Source of the DNA: the human T2T-CHM13v2.0 reference genome, Homo sapiens
Length of the DNA: 64,000 nt
Direction: 5' to 3' (one strand)
NCBI RefSeq assembly: GCF_009914755.1
Contig: NC_060927.1
This document shows, in pieces, positions 41,945-58,135 of this stretch. Each line of letters begins with the position of its first letter. Positions within the stretch are counted from its first letter, which is position 1. The position numbers were made by a program, and so were the translations under genes. The notes under the pieces were generated by a model that saw nothing but the letters and a program-made list of their open reading frames with translations, ran no database searches and was not told the origin of the DNA.

Positions 41945-42135
41945 GACAGAAGTTTTGCCTTAGATCGGGAAATTAGACAGGTCTAAGTTTAATACAGAGA
42001 TTGACTTTTCATGTGTTTTCGGGTAAGTTATTCAATCTCCTTTACTAAAGTTGCCTTTTGTATAATATGGGGTTGCTGTGAATATCAAGTGAAATGACAG
42101 CTTGGTGGATGCCTTATAGTAAACATTCAGCAGCT
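41945..42135 (+). mobile_element. MIR SINE fragment followed by a (GAT)n-like low-complexity run
   Basis: GGGTAAGTTATTCAATCTC...GGGTTGCTGTGAATATCAAGTGAAAT. Confidence 0.6.
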
Positions 42136-42823
42136 TGAAGGTGATGATGACGATGAGGTGAAGATGATGATATTAATGGTGATGGTGATATATTCTGATT
42201 CTTAGCTTCACAACTCACTCAGCTCTCTCATACTGAATCGACATACACATCTTCATCAGGGATTTAGCCTTGCTCCACTCCTCAATTTTGTTTTAAAGCT
42301 AAGAACATCTATTCCAGGTTATTCCACAACCCAGTTTCTAGAACTGGCTGATGAATATAGTATATATGACTTCTCATTAATGACAAGTGTTTTTGGTTTA
42401 AAGTATTTGCTACAAATTCCTAAGGAAAAACAAAAACGGCTGCCAAAAGGCGTGGAGATATTGCAAAAACCTTGCCAAAAGGCATGGGGATGTTGCAAAA
42501 TTTAACAAACATAACTCTCTCCATCGTGGTTATGGGTGAGAAACCACAGCTCCCTCCTGCTTTCATCTATTCTGACAGTGGAACTGATTAAACTATCCTT
42601 CTCTAAACCTCGTTTTTCCTTGGCTCATAAGACTTCCTTTCTCCTTTTCAAAAAAGGCTTCTCTCCCCAGAATATAAGACTGACCCACAGGTGAGGCAAA
42701 ACCATGCCAGATGATTTGCATATCAGATAATTTGACACAGGCACTCATCAGTGAGCCTTCAGTCCCCTTAAGGGACATTTTCTTTGGGCATAATCATTTA
42801 AGTGAAGTTTGTTATATATCTCT

Positions 42824-43049
<226 letters not shown>

Positions 43050-43447
43050 TGAATCCTTCTTACATTGTGGTAAGTGGATCCAGTGTCCTGAGGGCAAGGT
43101 CTCTGCCTCTAAGTTTCTTCCTTTAAGAGGAGCCACTTACAGATGTAAGAGGACCTCACGTCTGTGTTGTACCTTTTTGCATTTCAGAGCACTCTTGAAC
43201 ATGATAACTGACTTATTCTTCACAGAAAACCCAGCAGGTTCACTTTATAAATGATAAAATGGGGGTTCAGAAGACTGGCTTGGCTAAGGTACTACTTTCA
43301 TCAGTGGAGTTAACTTGCAGAATTCATTACAACTGTGTAACCTCTATTGCCATTCAGGATAGCCAAAAAAAAGAAAAAAAAAAAAAGACAAAAACCTGTG
43401 CATCCTGTCTTCTTTGTAACCTTCCTCGTTGTACTATATTCCAGGGA

Positions 43448-43658
43448 ACTAAAACTCTGGTCAGACAGACACATGTTCAAATCCAGACACACACCTTTAC
43501 TTACTGGGTGATTCTGAGCAAGTACTCTCCTTACTCCAGCCTCAGTTGAATAATCTCTAAAATAGGGTAGTAATTATAACCAAACCTACTTCATAGGATG
43601 GTTGTGTGGATTAAATGAGATAGGGCACATGAAGAGATCAATATATCAGCTATTATAA
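43448..43658 (+). mobile_element. MIR SINE
   Basis: GCCTCAGTT...TCTCTAAAATAGGG...CCTACTTCATAGGATGGTTGTGTGGATTAAATGAGAT. Confidence 0.85.
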
Positions 43659-45169
43659 CTGGAACCACAGGTATGGCAGCAAATGGATTATTTCACAGTC
43701 TTCAGTCTGCCCAAAGCAATGTTTGAAGCATAAGACCCACTGTGCCACTGTGATAGGAAAATTCCTGCACCATTTGATGTCTGAATCTCATTTCAAGGCA
43801 TTTTTTCCCCTGAATTCTATGAATTTTTTTTCCTGAGTCTGAATTCCGAATTCTAGACTCCCAAGAGAAACCGCCAAGGCAGGGGATATTTTACTTCCTA
43901 TTTCTTACCCATAACCCCCCAAAATATACAAGATAATCTTTAGCCATATATAGTTCCCTGCAAACATACCTTGGAAGCATTTTAATCTACATTGGCTTTT
44001 TGAGCTTTATAGCACCAAACCTGAATTTACACAGAGCCTCATATGTAAAAGCTGTCAGACAATCTCAAGCGGTGGGTTGCTGATGATTTCCTTCTATCCT
44101 TCTCTGGTGATGTTCTTCTGTTAATACTTATTTTAGAACTGTCAATAGGTATGCCAAGACACCCTGGGGAGGAAGCCTCTGTGGTTACACTTTTGGTATC
44201 ATGAATGAATTATTTATATATGTCATTGCTGTTCATAAAAAAGTAAAAGCATTGGCTCAGAACATTCTTACAAGTGTAGTTTTAACATGCATAGTACAGG
44301 CCCTCCTTATATACACCTCAATGCTTTACAGCCTCTGATGACTCAAAATTAAGGAACATATTTTGAGCAGCTGAAATGCCTTGGAGAGGAGTGAGAGTTC
44401 TGTGTTATATAAATCTGTGCGTATATTGAGATATGCTTTGGAAAACTTTTCACTAACTCTTTAGTGAAATAAAAGTATAAAAACATGTTATACCTCAATA
44501 TACTTCTTTACTAATTAGACCTCTTGGAAGTCCTTAGGTGCTTTTTCCAAAGGCTACCTGTGTGCCAGTGTGACCACTCTGAATATGTTCAAATACTCAA
44601 CAGGCCCAGAATATGTTTCTAATAGAAGTACTTCCACAGACGAAAGAGCTTAGCTGAAATCTCATGCAGTTCTTCCAAGGGTTTATGTCTCAGTTTCAAA
44701 TGCGCAACTAACAAGCCAAATCAAGCATAGTCAAAAAGAAGAGGTAACCGAAGAGAAAGTTAATGGCCCTTCTGGTCATTACTTGACTACAAATTTAGTT
44801 CCCAATAGACTACTAGGTTCTGGAACATCTGTCACACTTAGCAAGAAAGTAAAATTTCTAAGGTGTCTGTCGTCACATAAAGTTGAGGAACTGAACTAAA
44901 GAAAGGCATGGAAATTGCTGCTCAATGTAGAGTTTTCTCCAAGAAGCATCAGAAAGAAATCACAATTCCAAGGTAGCAATTTCTATTGGGACAGAAGAGT
45001 CATGGAACCTGAATTTCATGCCTAAGGTAAGATGTCACCCTGGTATGGCCAGCAACCTCTCTGGACTTCCATTTTCCAGCTGAAAACTGAGAATATTGGA
45101 CATCCCACAGTTTGAAAGAATTTTGCCTACCAAAGAAAATGACTTTACTAAATAACATTAATGACTTTT

Positions 45170-45385
45170 TTCATTACTGAGCATGTTATTATGTGCTAGA
45201 TACCTTCTAAGTCTTTCACATAGTTTTCTCATTTAGTCCTCAAAACAATCTGAGAATAGGATTTATTAGAATTCACTTTTACAAATGAAGAAACTGAGGC
45301 TTCAGGAAGCAATATAGTAAGAGGCATAGCCATAATGCAAACTCACTTATCTAAAGTGAAAGTCAGTTCCCCTTAACCACTCTGT
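45170..45385 (-). mobile_element. MIR SINE
   Basis: TCTCATTTAGTCCTCAAAACAATCTGAG...TTTTACAAATGAAGAAACTGAGGC. Confidence 0.85.
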
Positions 45386-45934
45386 GAATCATCGCTAGTA
45401 TCTAATGATTTTCAATATTTTAAAACAAGGACATATGTAATAACCAACTTTGGCACACAGTGTTGATAAAATTCTAGGTAAAAACAAAATAAAGTTTTGG
45501 TCAATCTACAAAGTAGATTGTTATTTTGTAATATAAGATTTACTTGGCTATATTCTGAAATATTAAAAATAGATGGCCCCCCCTTTACTCCTAGCTGCTC
45601 CTTTATTATTGCCTTTCCAAATCCTTAACACGTTAAAGAGTCCAATTGGAGAGCAGATTATTTAAGGTGGATGTTAAGAGTTTTTCCAACTCTTAAAAAA
45701 AAGAACAAAAAACACATTATACTTCAATACAAAATGTTTTAAATGTTGCTGCTTATTAAATCTGGATATTGATATAGCTTTATCTATTACTGATAAGAAG
45801 GTACATAGGAGTTCTCAAATTTCAGTGTGTCCCCAAATTTCCTTGGGATTTTCAGTTTCCCTTTTAAAAGATTTGGATGCTTAATTTAGGAATCTATGTT
45901 TTTAGGACCTAGAAACCTACATTCTTAACCCACC

Positions 45935-46872
45935 GACAGAGGGCCTACACTAATCTGGCCTCCACATATTTCTTGAGTTTACCTCTTGTCTCTCTCCTCA
46001 AGTTTACTCAACTTTGACATCTTTGGCTTCTTTCATTGCCCCAACAGGCCTGACTTAATCTGTTCCTAGGGCCTGGGCACTCACTGCTCTGACCTCTGTA
46101 CAAGGCTGGCTCCTTATCACACAGGACTTACTACAATGTCATCTCTTTCCAGGGGCCTTCTCTGACCCCTCCTCCAGTTCCCTTACTCCAGACCTCTTTG
46201 CACTATCTCCCTCAGGTTTGGTCCTGTAATTCATAGGGCTGGGGAAAGAGTTCAAATGGAGGACCCTTGCTTCTCTACTCAATACTGGTTCTGCCTCTTT
46301 CCAACTGATAGACCCTCAAGCATGTGCAAATGGACAATTCACCCAACCCGCATGTATCTAAGACCTCAATTTAAAACAACAACTGCTCCTTGGATATCCC
46401 TCAAATCTAGGGGGTTCCTACATACCTACACTGTCCCACAGGGTGAGAAAAAGGCCCTGGTTTGTTTTCTAAGTGGCTAGGGATCAATATTTGGACATGG
46501 AATTTTGGGGCTCTGTGTCCCTGGAGCATTAGCTCTTGGTGACACATTCTCTTGGCCCACAGAGTCCTTAATCTGGGAAAGAGGTGTGAGCAGAGGATGG
46601 TAAGAGCAAGGTCTTCTGAAGCACAGAGGAAGGAAGAAAGTTAGGGAGGCTATGATATGATGACCAATCTAATCTGTCACTTCTATAATCAGAAACATCT
46701 GACTTCTTTACTTATATGTTTTCAAGCCATACTTCATAAAACATAAATTTCATTAAAGCAGATCTTGTCTATCTTGTCGGCTGCTGCATCCTTAACATGT
46801 ACGGCAATGCCTGGCACAGACAATTTGCTAAGTTAAAATCTGTTGAATGGATGGATGAATGAATGAATGAAT
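45935..46872 (+). mobile_element. L2 fragments (about 45935-46200 and 46690-46872) ending in a (TGAA)n tail
   Basis: CAATGCCTGGCACAG...TCTGTTGAATGGATGGATGAATGAATGAATGAA is the L2 3' terminus. Confidence 0.65.
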
Positions 46873-48152
46873 CAGAACATCTTATGCAAAGCTTGAAATG
46901 TGCTGGGAGCCCTTCTTGGTGCTTTGCATATGAGATCCCCTTCACTTCTTACAACCATCCTACAAGGAAGGTAGGAAGTTTTCCACTTTACAATGGTGCA
47001 GAAAGGTTAAGCAATTGGCCAATGCTTAAAGAAGAGGCTAAAAGGCATCTTCTTTTTTATGATGAAACACTGAATGAGCGAGCATATGAATATATAAATA
47101 ACTATACAAGGGAGTAAATGAATGAATGAATGAATGGTCAAGGCAGTATAGTGGAATGAAAAATAAAATCTCTCCTTTATTTAGGTTTAAGAAAATAAGG
47201 CAAAATGTACAATTCAAATGCAGTCCAAAAGTGTGTCATGTGGAAATGTTAATGTGGAAGAACTCACAAACAAACAGCTTTTTTTTTTATCAGCAGAATA
47301 AACTTTTTAGAAAATTTCCGAGGAAGTTTGGAAATTGACTGCATGGCAAGATAGCAGAAGAATGTGCAGCATTTTGCTATCACATACAGTGAGGTACAAA
47401 TAAGGGCCATTCAGATGGGCTCCAAACAAGCATCTCTCCAGCTGTGAAAAGAAGGCGCTGCTTTGGGAGACTATGCAGGCTTTGGAAATTAAGTAGAAGA
47501 AAAATCTGAACACATGGGAGAAGATCCCTAGCAGCCATCTCCTCTGGCTTCCCCGGTCCACACAATACCTAGAATCAAGCTCCAGGAGATCAGTATGCTG
47601 ACTGGTGACTTTTAAATAAAAATAAAATCAAACACCTGTGCATCAGGCAACATGAACTGCTGGAGTTTCCACACGGATCCTGCTACAGGTCCAGCTTGCT
47701 CATAAAGATGGGTTCATTTCTCAAGTGAAATATAGAGGAGACTTATTAGAGTAGCAGCGACATGATAAGTGAATATTCTGCCAGCTTTTTTTTCCTCCTT
47801 TTATATAAGTTGAATGCTGTCTCTAGTCTCTTCAAGTAGAATTCTGATTTAAAAGAAAGAAGAAAAGAGGAGAGAAGAAGATGGGAAGAAAAAAAAAGAA
47901 GGATTGTTATCTCTGGCTGGAAACAAGAAATCTCTAGACATGCACTTCCTAGAGCCCACTAATGTCTTTACCTCTGACTTGACTAATTTTCATTGGAATT
48001 TTAGTTTGGTTGCTTCCCTGTGATCTCATTAGGACATCATGATTTATGTGCCTCCATTACAAGAGCACCAGTTGTTAGTCTTATTCTCACCCAGCCTCAC
48101 CTCACCTCCCAAAAAACAGTTAAAAAATTTTTAAATAACTTCATGTAAAGTT

Positions 48153-48192
<40 letters not shown>

Positions 48193-48237
48193 TACAATAC
48201 ACATACACATTATGTATATATATATATATATATATGT
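48153..48237 (+). repeat. Compound (TA)n-(CA)n-(TA)n microsatellite
   Basis: Seen directly. Confidence 0.95.
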
Positions 48238-48659
48238 ATTTGGTTGCTTTTTATTTGTAATTATTGTTTTTATTTTTCTATGTCGTAACTCCATGCAGCC
48301 ATTTGAGATAATTAAGATAATTCAGTGGCAAACTATGTGAAGGTGGTCAATGTTCAATACTCTTGTTTGCAGTCTGTTAGCATTCTAATCTCCAGAATTA
48401 TTTTATTACTACTACTATGACTACCACTGCAATCATCATCCTTATAGTTATTATTAATCACAATGATTATTAATGATGATGATAACAATCCTTACTTCTT
48501 TTTTGATTTCATCTTCCTCTCCTTGCACATTTATTTTCGTGGTTGCCTGTTTCTTCTGCACTAGTTTTTGTTCTTCAGAGTGTTTGCTTAACTGCCATTC
48601 CATTTTAATAGCGAGTTTTCTCTTATTACATTATGTGATGGAGCACTGATATACGGTTT

Positions 48660-49490
48660 TTTCATGAAATAGGCAATGAACAAATACCATATGACCCCCA
48701 ACCTCAACTCTCCATCTCCTTCCAACTCACTTCAGTTTCATTCTCCAGAAAAGTAGAAACCTTGAAGTGTTTCATATGTTTCATTCAAATTATTTTATAT
48801 ACACACACACACAAATATTTTTACGCAGAGGGGCATATATTATGCATCATATTCTGAAAATATCTTGTTTCATCGAACTCTACAATGTATGTCTTTCCAT
48901 GTCATGAGTACTTCATTCTTTTTACCAATTTTTCCTTTCTGATGTAAGGTAGCATCAACTTATAGTCAACAATTTTAAAATCAGATTTTTGTTCTTGGAT
49001 TTTGAAACTACAAATGAACACATACTCATTTTAGAAGTAAAAATTATATAGAAATATATTGACTGCCCCCTCCTCCAATTTTATCCCTTTGTAATACCCA
49101 TGTTATTCGTAGGTTAATGGGTTAGCAAGGAATGAGAATGCCCATTTTTATAAAGACTTATCATCACTGACGGTTATCAATCTTTGATTTTTCTAACTGG
49201 ATGAGTGAAAAGATGTTCTCATTTTTCCCTAAAGTCATCTTTAATTAGTCATTTACATTTCCTATTCCATAATTTTTCTTTTGATTACTTTTGTCTACTT
49301 AATGTTGAATTGCTTTTTTTCAATTTATATGTGCATGTTTTACATGAGCAATATTATTCCTTTTTTGCATTTAGATGGTTACTCACTGTCCATTGTTTGT
49401 CTTTTAAGTTATGTTGGGTATCTTTGTCATGCTGAAATTCTTAATTTTCTGTATATACAGAGAAAATATCTGAAATTTTAATTTAAATGT
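48660..49490 (-). mobile_element. L1ME fragments
   Basis: AATGAGAATGCCCATTTT...GATGAGTGAAAAGATGTTCTCATT antisense L1ME pattern. Confidence 0.55.
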
Positions 49491-52149
49491 TATATAAAGT
49501 AACATTTTAATGTCATATAAAATTCAGGCACCAATTTTATGTTTCCTTAACTTCATCTCAATGTATTCTTTATTTGCTCCTTTTCAGATTCTTGGGAAGT
49601 GAAGCTCCTCCTATTTGCAAAGAAAAACTCCTTCCCTTGAAATTCAGACACACAACATCCCTACCTTGCATCCTTTTGAACCTATAGTTGCTTGACATAA
49701 AGTTTTTTTTTAATGTCCATGTTGTAGAAATATTTTTGTGATTCTATACTTAAATTCTACTTACATTCATTGTAACCAGAAACAACTCTAATTATACATT
49801 TTGGAAAGTATTGAGATTGTGAGCTATTCTAAGAACATTTACATGACTGTTCTATGGAAACTTTTAAAGCAAATATGCTCTCCTTTTACATCATACAGAA
49901 TTATGTACATATCTATCTATATATACATAACTATCTTTATTTATATCAGACACCTATAGAATCTATTTCTGTCATTGTTACATGTGTCTTTCTTTACTTC
50001 TCCTGTTGTAGACTTAGGTAAGTGAATAACATTGTCTACTTATTTCTCCTATTGTTTTGCTTTATAAATGTTGACTGCATGCTACTTGGTACATAGACCT
50101 TTATAAATGTAAAATATTTATTGTGAATTTTACCTCTTCATATTTTTTATGAATGCCGACTTCTTCAAACATAAGTTTACCTACTTTTGTAGGGGGTGTG
50201 TGTGTGTGTGTCTGTGTGTGTTGGTATTGAACATTATTTCTGTTTAGCCATTTGACTAAAACCAAAACAAATGAGATATTATGGTTATAGTAAGTGTGTA
50301 TGTGTGTGTGTATGTGTGTGCATGTGCATGCATGTGTGACCATCTCCTGATCATTCAACTTTGCACTTTAATTGTACTATATTGTTATTTGACTTAACAA
50401 AACTTTAGTAAAAATAATATGACATTTAACTTGCCTCATCTTTTTTATTTCTAAAGAATTCTAAATATTTAACACTGTATTAAAATATTCATGCAAATGT
50501 AATTTGTAACATAATGTCAATTAATAAATTAATAGCAATCATGAGCTTATAAAAAGGTAAATTTGTCACTGGTGGTTCATAAGTCATTATATTCATGTCT
50601 TATGGACTCACCCAAGGGCGGGGTTGACTTTCTTGGTGGGTAAATTGGATGACGTCTGCATGTATTCTACTGCATACCCTTTCTAAAAAAAAGAAGTCTA
50701 GCCTAATTGGAGTATTCTTTCATTCTCTAATAGATAGATCATATGAACTGGTATAAAATCTAACGTATTGCATAAGTAAGCATAGTCAGTTTAAAATGAA
50801 CTATACAAAATTAAAAATTTTTAACATCTTTATATTTTATCACATGGGCTTCTACTTTTTTCAAGTTTTGTTACTACTTTGGTTTGATTTTGACGTCTTC
50901 TTTCACATCAAATCTAAGATAAATGTTTTTTGACCTATTCAAATACTTGGATTTATGTTGACTTTTAAACTTTGAACTGAAATTTAGATACATCATTAGT
51001 GATTGCTCCTATTTTCACTGCCATTTTTCTTTCTGAATTATATTTGGCATTTATCATACTAATTTTGATCTTTCTTTAGATCCGTATGGACAGTTGTTAC
51101 AAAAGTTTCATTATATAATCTACCTTATTACAATAATTTGTCTTTGAATTCTTACTCTCAATAGATTATGAAGTTCTTCTTTGTAATTTAGTTTTGTTTT
51201 TTTGTTTTTCACATTCCCTTTCATTTGGTTTTATTTTCATAGCAAATATCATATTAAAATCTCTGTAAAATGTGCACACTGAAATCCCTGTGTTTGTATC
51301 TTGCTAATTTTGAGACATATAGATATACTCAAGTCAATTAGACAACAATTTCAGGGAGAAAAACTGTCATTCCAGGTCACAGGTTTTATATTCCTTCTAA
51401 AGTCTAATCGGTATAAGAATGACCAGCCTGATGACAGGACTTCAGGGAATGATCTTAATTATTGCCTTCTTACTTTTTCTTAGCAATCCATTTTTGAGGT
51501 TCTTAGTTGCTGAGTCAGTTAGTTATTAAGGCTTTTAGATATAGCATTTAGTGGTATTTCCAAGGTTAATAAAACATGAAATATGAACAAGAAGGAAAGG
51601 AGTTCTTACTCAAGACTACTTTTGGAATGCCATGAGGTTCTAAGCTTAGGAGTCTATCTCCTTCAAAAAGTTGAGTAGCTGATTATATGTTTGGCTATAG
51701 GCTTCTGCTGTCTCCCAAGGTGAATAATCAGCTACAGATTTACCTCTTTTTTATACATACTGCCAGCTACTTCATCTCAGCCCTTTAGCTTGGTGTCAGT
51801 AGAAAGCCTTCCCAATGTTTTCCTAAAAATTTTCCAACATGGAACACATTTCATTTCCGTTTCTTTTGTTTAGGGACTACAAATTCTGGAGATACTTTAA
51901 AACAGACAAGATAAAGTTTTAGAGCACTTCAAAGAAGGAGAAACATAATTGCCTCTATTTTATAGGTTGAACAATTGGAGCCCAGAGGGGCCACTTCACT
52001 TGCTAATCAATGATACGATTGACATAGCACTTAGATCTTTAATTCTTATTGAATATTTGGCACTCAAATAGAAAACAAAAAATATCAGAACCTACTACCG
52101 CTAAAGATAATATTTTTTTAAAAAAATCTGTGAGTGATGATATCATTTG

Positions 52150-54060
<1,911 letters not shown>

Positions 54061-54849
54061 GTTATTACATGCAATTTTAAAGATATTTATCTTTACACTT
54101 GCTATCTACATTTTAATTTTTTCAGTGTAGATAAAATTATTGCTTAAGATTCATCTTTTTTCCAGCACAATATCCATTCATATTATAGATTTGCACTGTA
54201 GCACCAGTTACTGTTTATATTGGTAATGCTTTGTGAGTTGTAGTATTCATGTTCCAATTTCAGTATTACTGTTATATATCAATGAACCCTTTTTTTGACT
54301 TGAAAATATTTGTGGAATAAGAATATAACATATACAATAGGAATAAAATGCAAACTTAACAGTTAGCCGCATGTTAGCTGAGATGAACTGATCATCAATC
54401 TTGGTGAAACATACAAAACCCTACAATATAATGGGAAGTCTGGGACTAATACAATAAGGCTTACATCCTGTATCTGTGAAATGTACATAAAAATAAATTT
54501 GTTTACCTCTCCCAAAAATCTCTGAACCATCTGCAATAGGAGTTACACAAAGACCACTAGATCAGAACCTAGTGGAGAACTCTACTTTGAGAAACACTAT
54601 TGCTAAGCAACGATAAGTTCATTCCACAGACCTGTTCTCACCCTAAGAGTCTTGCCATCTTTGAGGGAATATAAGATGAATATATGAGGGAATGAGCATA
54701 TCAAATCTGCAAGGTGATTGCAGGCTCTATTCTTTTGCTCTCTCTGATTCCAATCTTTTCATCTTTACCTGTGTTTCACCATTCTAACAAGAAGTTCTCT
54801 AAAGCATCATTTATTGCATATTCACTGGATGCTTCATTCTGAATGTATA

Positions 54850-55015
54850 TAAAAGTATATGTTATTCATAGTAACCTTAAGTTTGTATTAAGCCCATTTT
54901 AGAGATAAGAAAACTGAGGTTTAGAATGTTTTAATAACTTGCCCCCATAATCACTTGCTAGTAAGTGTCAGGATTGAGCCCAAACCCAGGTTTTTTGAGT
55001 TCTAAAAGCTGTGTC
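54850..55015 (-). mobile_element. MIR SINE
   Basis: CCCATTTTAGAGATAAGAAAACTGAGGTTTAGA...AACTTGCCC. Confidence 0.8.
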
Positions 55016-55834
55016 ATTGGCCTACATGCTTACTGCTTTGTGAGAATACAAATAAAAACTCATTTTCCTTTCTTGCTCCATAATCTTCAATGATTCACCA
55101 TTGCCTACAAAAACAGGGCATTCAGATCCTTGGCCAATCTGGCCTTTATCTGCTTTTCTAACCCTATCTCCCACATGGACTGACCTCTTTGCCCAAAAGC
55201 ACCACATCCTTCCTTGCTCTCATGCTTAAGCGCAGGGACTTCTCTCTCACTAGGCCTACATTCCTGGTTTTGTCTACCTACCAAAATCCAACCCACTTTG
55301 CCTACCTCTGCACTCAGGTTTTTTAAAAACCCTGTACTTAACAAATCAATAAGTATTTACTGAGTGGTATACATCTGGGATATAAATTTGGGGACTATAT
55401 GATAATTGAGATATAAATTGTATCCTTAAATAATATATAGTCCAATAGGAGAAATAAGACTTATAAAGTATATAATATCATAGATAAGAGAGAATGGTAT
55501 TTTATAGAAAATGAAAGAAAGGAGTAATTTTATCCTGCTGAGGCATCTAAAAAGACTGTGTGGAGAAATTAGCCTTTGAGCTGGCTGTAGAATGGGTGGG
55601 GTTCTGGCAAGAGCAGGGAGAATACATAGGGAGTGAAGTAGTGGCCAAGAAAACATGCCAGTGCATATAGGAAACAGGTAGCCTAAAGTGTAAAGTGGGA
55701 AATAAGATTGGGAAGGTAGAAATAATGGGAATGTGGTCCTTAATGCCAGGCTAAGGATTTCATATGTGAATTAAGTTAATGACAATTGACTTTAAAGAGG
55801 TAAATAACAAGAACAAAAACAGCCATAATTTAGC

Positions 55835-56040
55835 ACCAACAGCAAGTACTTGTTAAGTCTTTAATGTGTGCCAGGCACTATGCAAGTTATTGCATTGATA
55901 TTTTCCACTTCAATACTTACCTCAACCCTATGATGTAGATGTTTTGTCCTTATTTTTTAGTAAAGAGAGATTAAGTATATTACTCCATATCAGTAAGACA
56001 CAAAGATGGGGTTTAAATTTAAGTGTGTTAGACACCATAA
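55835..56040 (-). mobile_element. MIR SINE within an L2-rich region (about 55020-56700)
   Basis: TGTGTGCCAGGCACTATGC...CAACCCTATGATGTAGAT. Confidence 0.7.
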
Positions 56041-56047
56041 GTGGTAT

Positions 56048-56140
56048 GGAAGGAAGGAAGGAAGGAAAAAGGGAGGGGAGAGAGGAAAGAAAGAAAAGAG
56101 GATAAAAGGAAAGAAAAGGAAATGAAGAAAAGAAAAGAAT
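56048..56140 (+). repeat. GA-rich polypurine low-complexity tract
   Basis: About 90 nt almost free of pyrimidines. Confidence 0.85.
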
Positions 56141-56969
56141 TAATTTGGAAGCAAAAGGGTATAGAAATTGTGCAGAGGCAGAGTCATTTGTGTAGTTTAC
56201 TTAAAATGCAGACCCTCAAACTATACCCAAGAAAGGGTTTTAAGCAGGAAATGGCCTTATTTGATACACTTTTTTAAAAAAAGATCACTCTGGCAGCTGT
56301 GTGAAGGAGCCAATTTAGATGCAGGGAGACCTGTAAGATGGTGATATTCAAGAAATCCGTGACATGAGTTTGTACTAGAAAGGTGTCAGGGCCAATGGCA
56401 ATAAGTAGGTGGATTCAACAGTTATTCTGATTAAAAGCAAAAGGGACACAGAAGAAAAAGCAGGTTAAGGGAGAAGATGACCTGAGTTTTGAGTGCCTAT
56501 AAAATAGTTTTAGAGATGGGTTCATGTGAGGTTTAAAAAAATTTGGAGCATGGGATATAGAGGGAGCTAGAAATAATTCTCAGAAAATCATGCATATTTT
56601 GAGAGGTAGGGTTAACTATCACTTTTGATGAGAGTTTTCAAAGCAGATGATTGTGAAAAGAGAAGAAAAAATATCTAGAGGCAGATGCTGGCGAAGTACT
56701 TGTTATCCTTGTAACTAACATTAATGCACACTTACTATGTTACTACGTCACAGACACAATGCCAAGCATGTTTTAATGTTAGAAAATATTTCAAACGTCC
56801 AGAAACTACAGAAAATACACCACCAATCCAATATGAATTTAGCAAATATTTATGTTTTGCCATGGCTGTTTCAAATTACTTTAAATAAGAGAGTTCAGAG
56901 TAAGCATTTTACATGCATTGTTTCATATGTTCCTCTAGACCATTCAATGTGGTAGGTGTATGTGTTATC

Positions 56970-57527
56970 TCCTATAAACAGTTTGACCTTCCAGGGGCAT
57001 TCTGCTTCCTGCTCTGGGTCCCAAAATATCCACCTGTATGGACCACACTGAGGTTTCTCTTGTCTTCTATCCCCTAGCTGAGTTCCGGCATCTGTAGGAA
57101 ATTGGAAGCAGAAAGGAGAGCTAAGTCAGAGTCTGTTTCTCTCACTCTGAGATCAATAAGGCATCCACAGCCATCTGCCATGTCCTCACGATGGTGTCCA
57201 CAGACATATATCATGTATTCACAATGGTAGTCACCAGCCCCATGTCACATACCCATGATGGTATTCATAGCTACTTCACTGCTTCTCTCAAAATAGCTCC
57301 TGTTCTTTCTCTTTTTTGGGTTCCATTCACATCTCTCTACCTTGTCGTTTAGAACCTAAAGGTAATGACAGCTCTGCTGCTACTTACCCTGAGTTCTGGT
57401 ACAACTCCTCATGCTTCCTCTACACCCTATTCACACCTTTGTAATGATCTCCTTTGCAAATAAGCCTCCTCAAATTAACCTAATTTAGATATACCATATG
57501 TTTCTTGTTGAAACTCTGATTAATACA
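56970..57527 (+). mobile_element. Old ERVL-type solo LTR (LTR16/LTR33-like)
   Basis: 3' end CACACCTTTGTAAT...CTCCTCAAATTA...TGTTTCTTGTTGAAACTCTGATTAATACA is typical of this group; subfamily uncertain. Confidence 0.55.
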
Positions 57528-57650
57528 ATCCTGATTTACAGTTAAGGAAACTGAGGCTCACAGAACAGGAAGTAGCAGAATTCACACTCAATCCCAATTC
57601 ATCAGATTCCAGATCCCAAGATCTTATCCACTCTGTAACATTGCCTCCTT
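57528..57650 (-). mobile_element. MIR SINE fragment
   Basis: TTTACAGTTAAGGAAACTGAGGCTCACAG...GATTCCAGATCCC. Confidence 0.75.
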
Positions 57651-57739
57651 GTGTTATGGAAGGAAGGTTAATATCAGGATGTACAGAGAGCCAGACTGGC
57701 CATTGTAGATTGGAACTTTTCAGTTTCATGAACAAGGCA

Positions 57740-58135
57740 AGCTTATGCTCATTCCTGGGTATTGGTTTTACTCTTCAATTTGCCTGAAATTGCAAACATG
57801 ATACTACATTTTCAGAGCAGCTTAAGTTCCTAATTGATGGCACTTACCCATTGCTCCCCAGCCCATTTATCACATCACTGTGTTTCATATTCTTTATAGC
57901 ACTTATAGTCCCTGGAATTATCCTCTTTACTTATTTGTTCATTTTGTTGTTGTTGTTGTTGTGTCTTCTTGCCTCTCATCCTCCAACAGCTGTAAGGTCT
58001 GAGAGGGCAGGTTCACCGGGATCCATTTATACTTACATTCCCAGGAACTAGGATGCTGTCTGATACACATGAGAATGTGCTCAACAGTAATCAATGAATG
58101 CATGAATGAACCATAAGGAAGGAATGAACAAATAA
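57740..58135 (+). mobile_element. L2 3' end
   Basis: TTCTTTATAGCACTTAT...TGTAAGGTCTGAGAGGGCAGG...GTGCTCAA...TGAATGCATGAATGAA. Confidence 0.7.

Noticed and set aside
43366-43395. A-rich run as a possible retrocopy tail
   Set aside because: No upstream poly(A) signal at the right spacing and no TSD.
49560-49600. Strong-looking splice acceptors (polypyrimidine tract + CAG) here and near 43170-43188 and 58785-58803
   Set aside because: No matching donor or reading frame, and such motifs are common. lncRNA exons cannot be excluded without transcript data.
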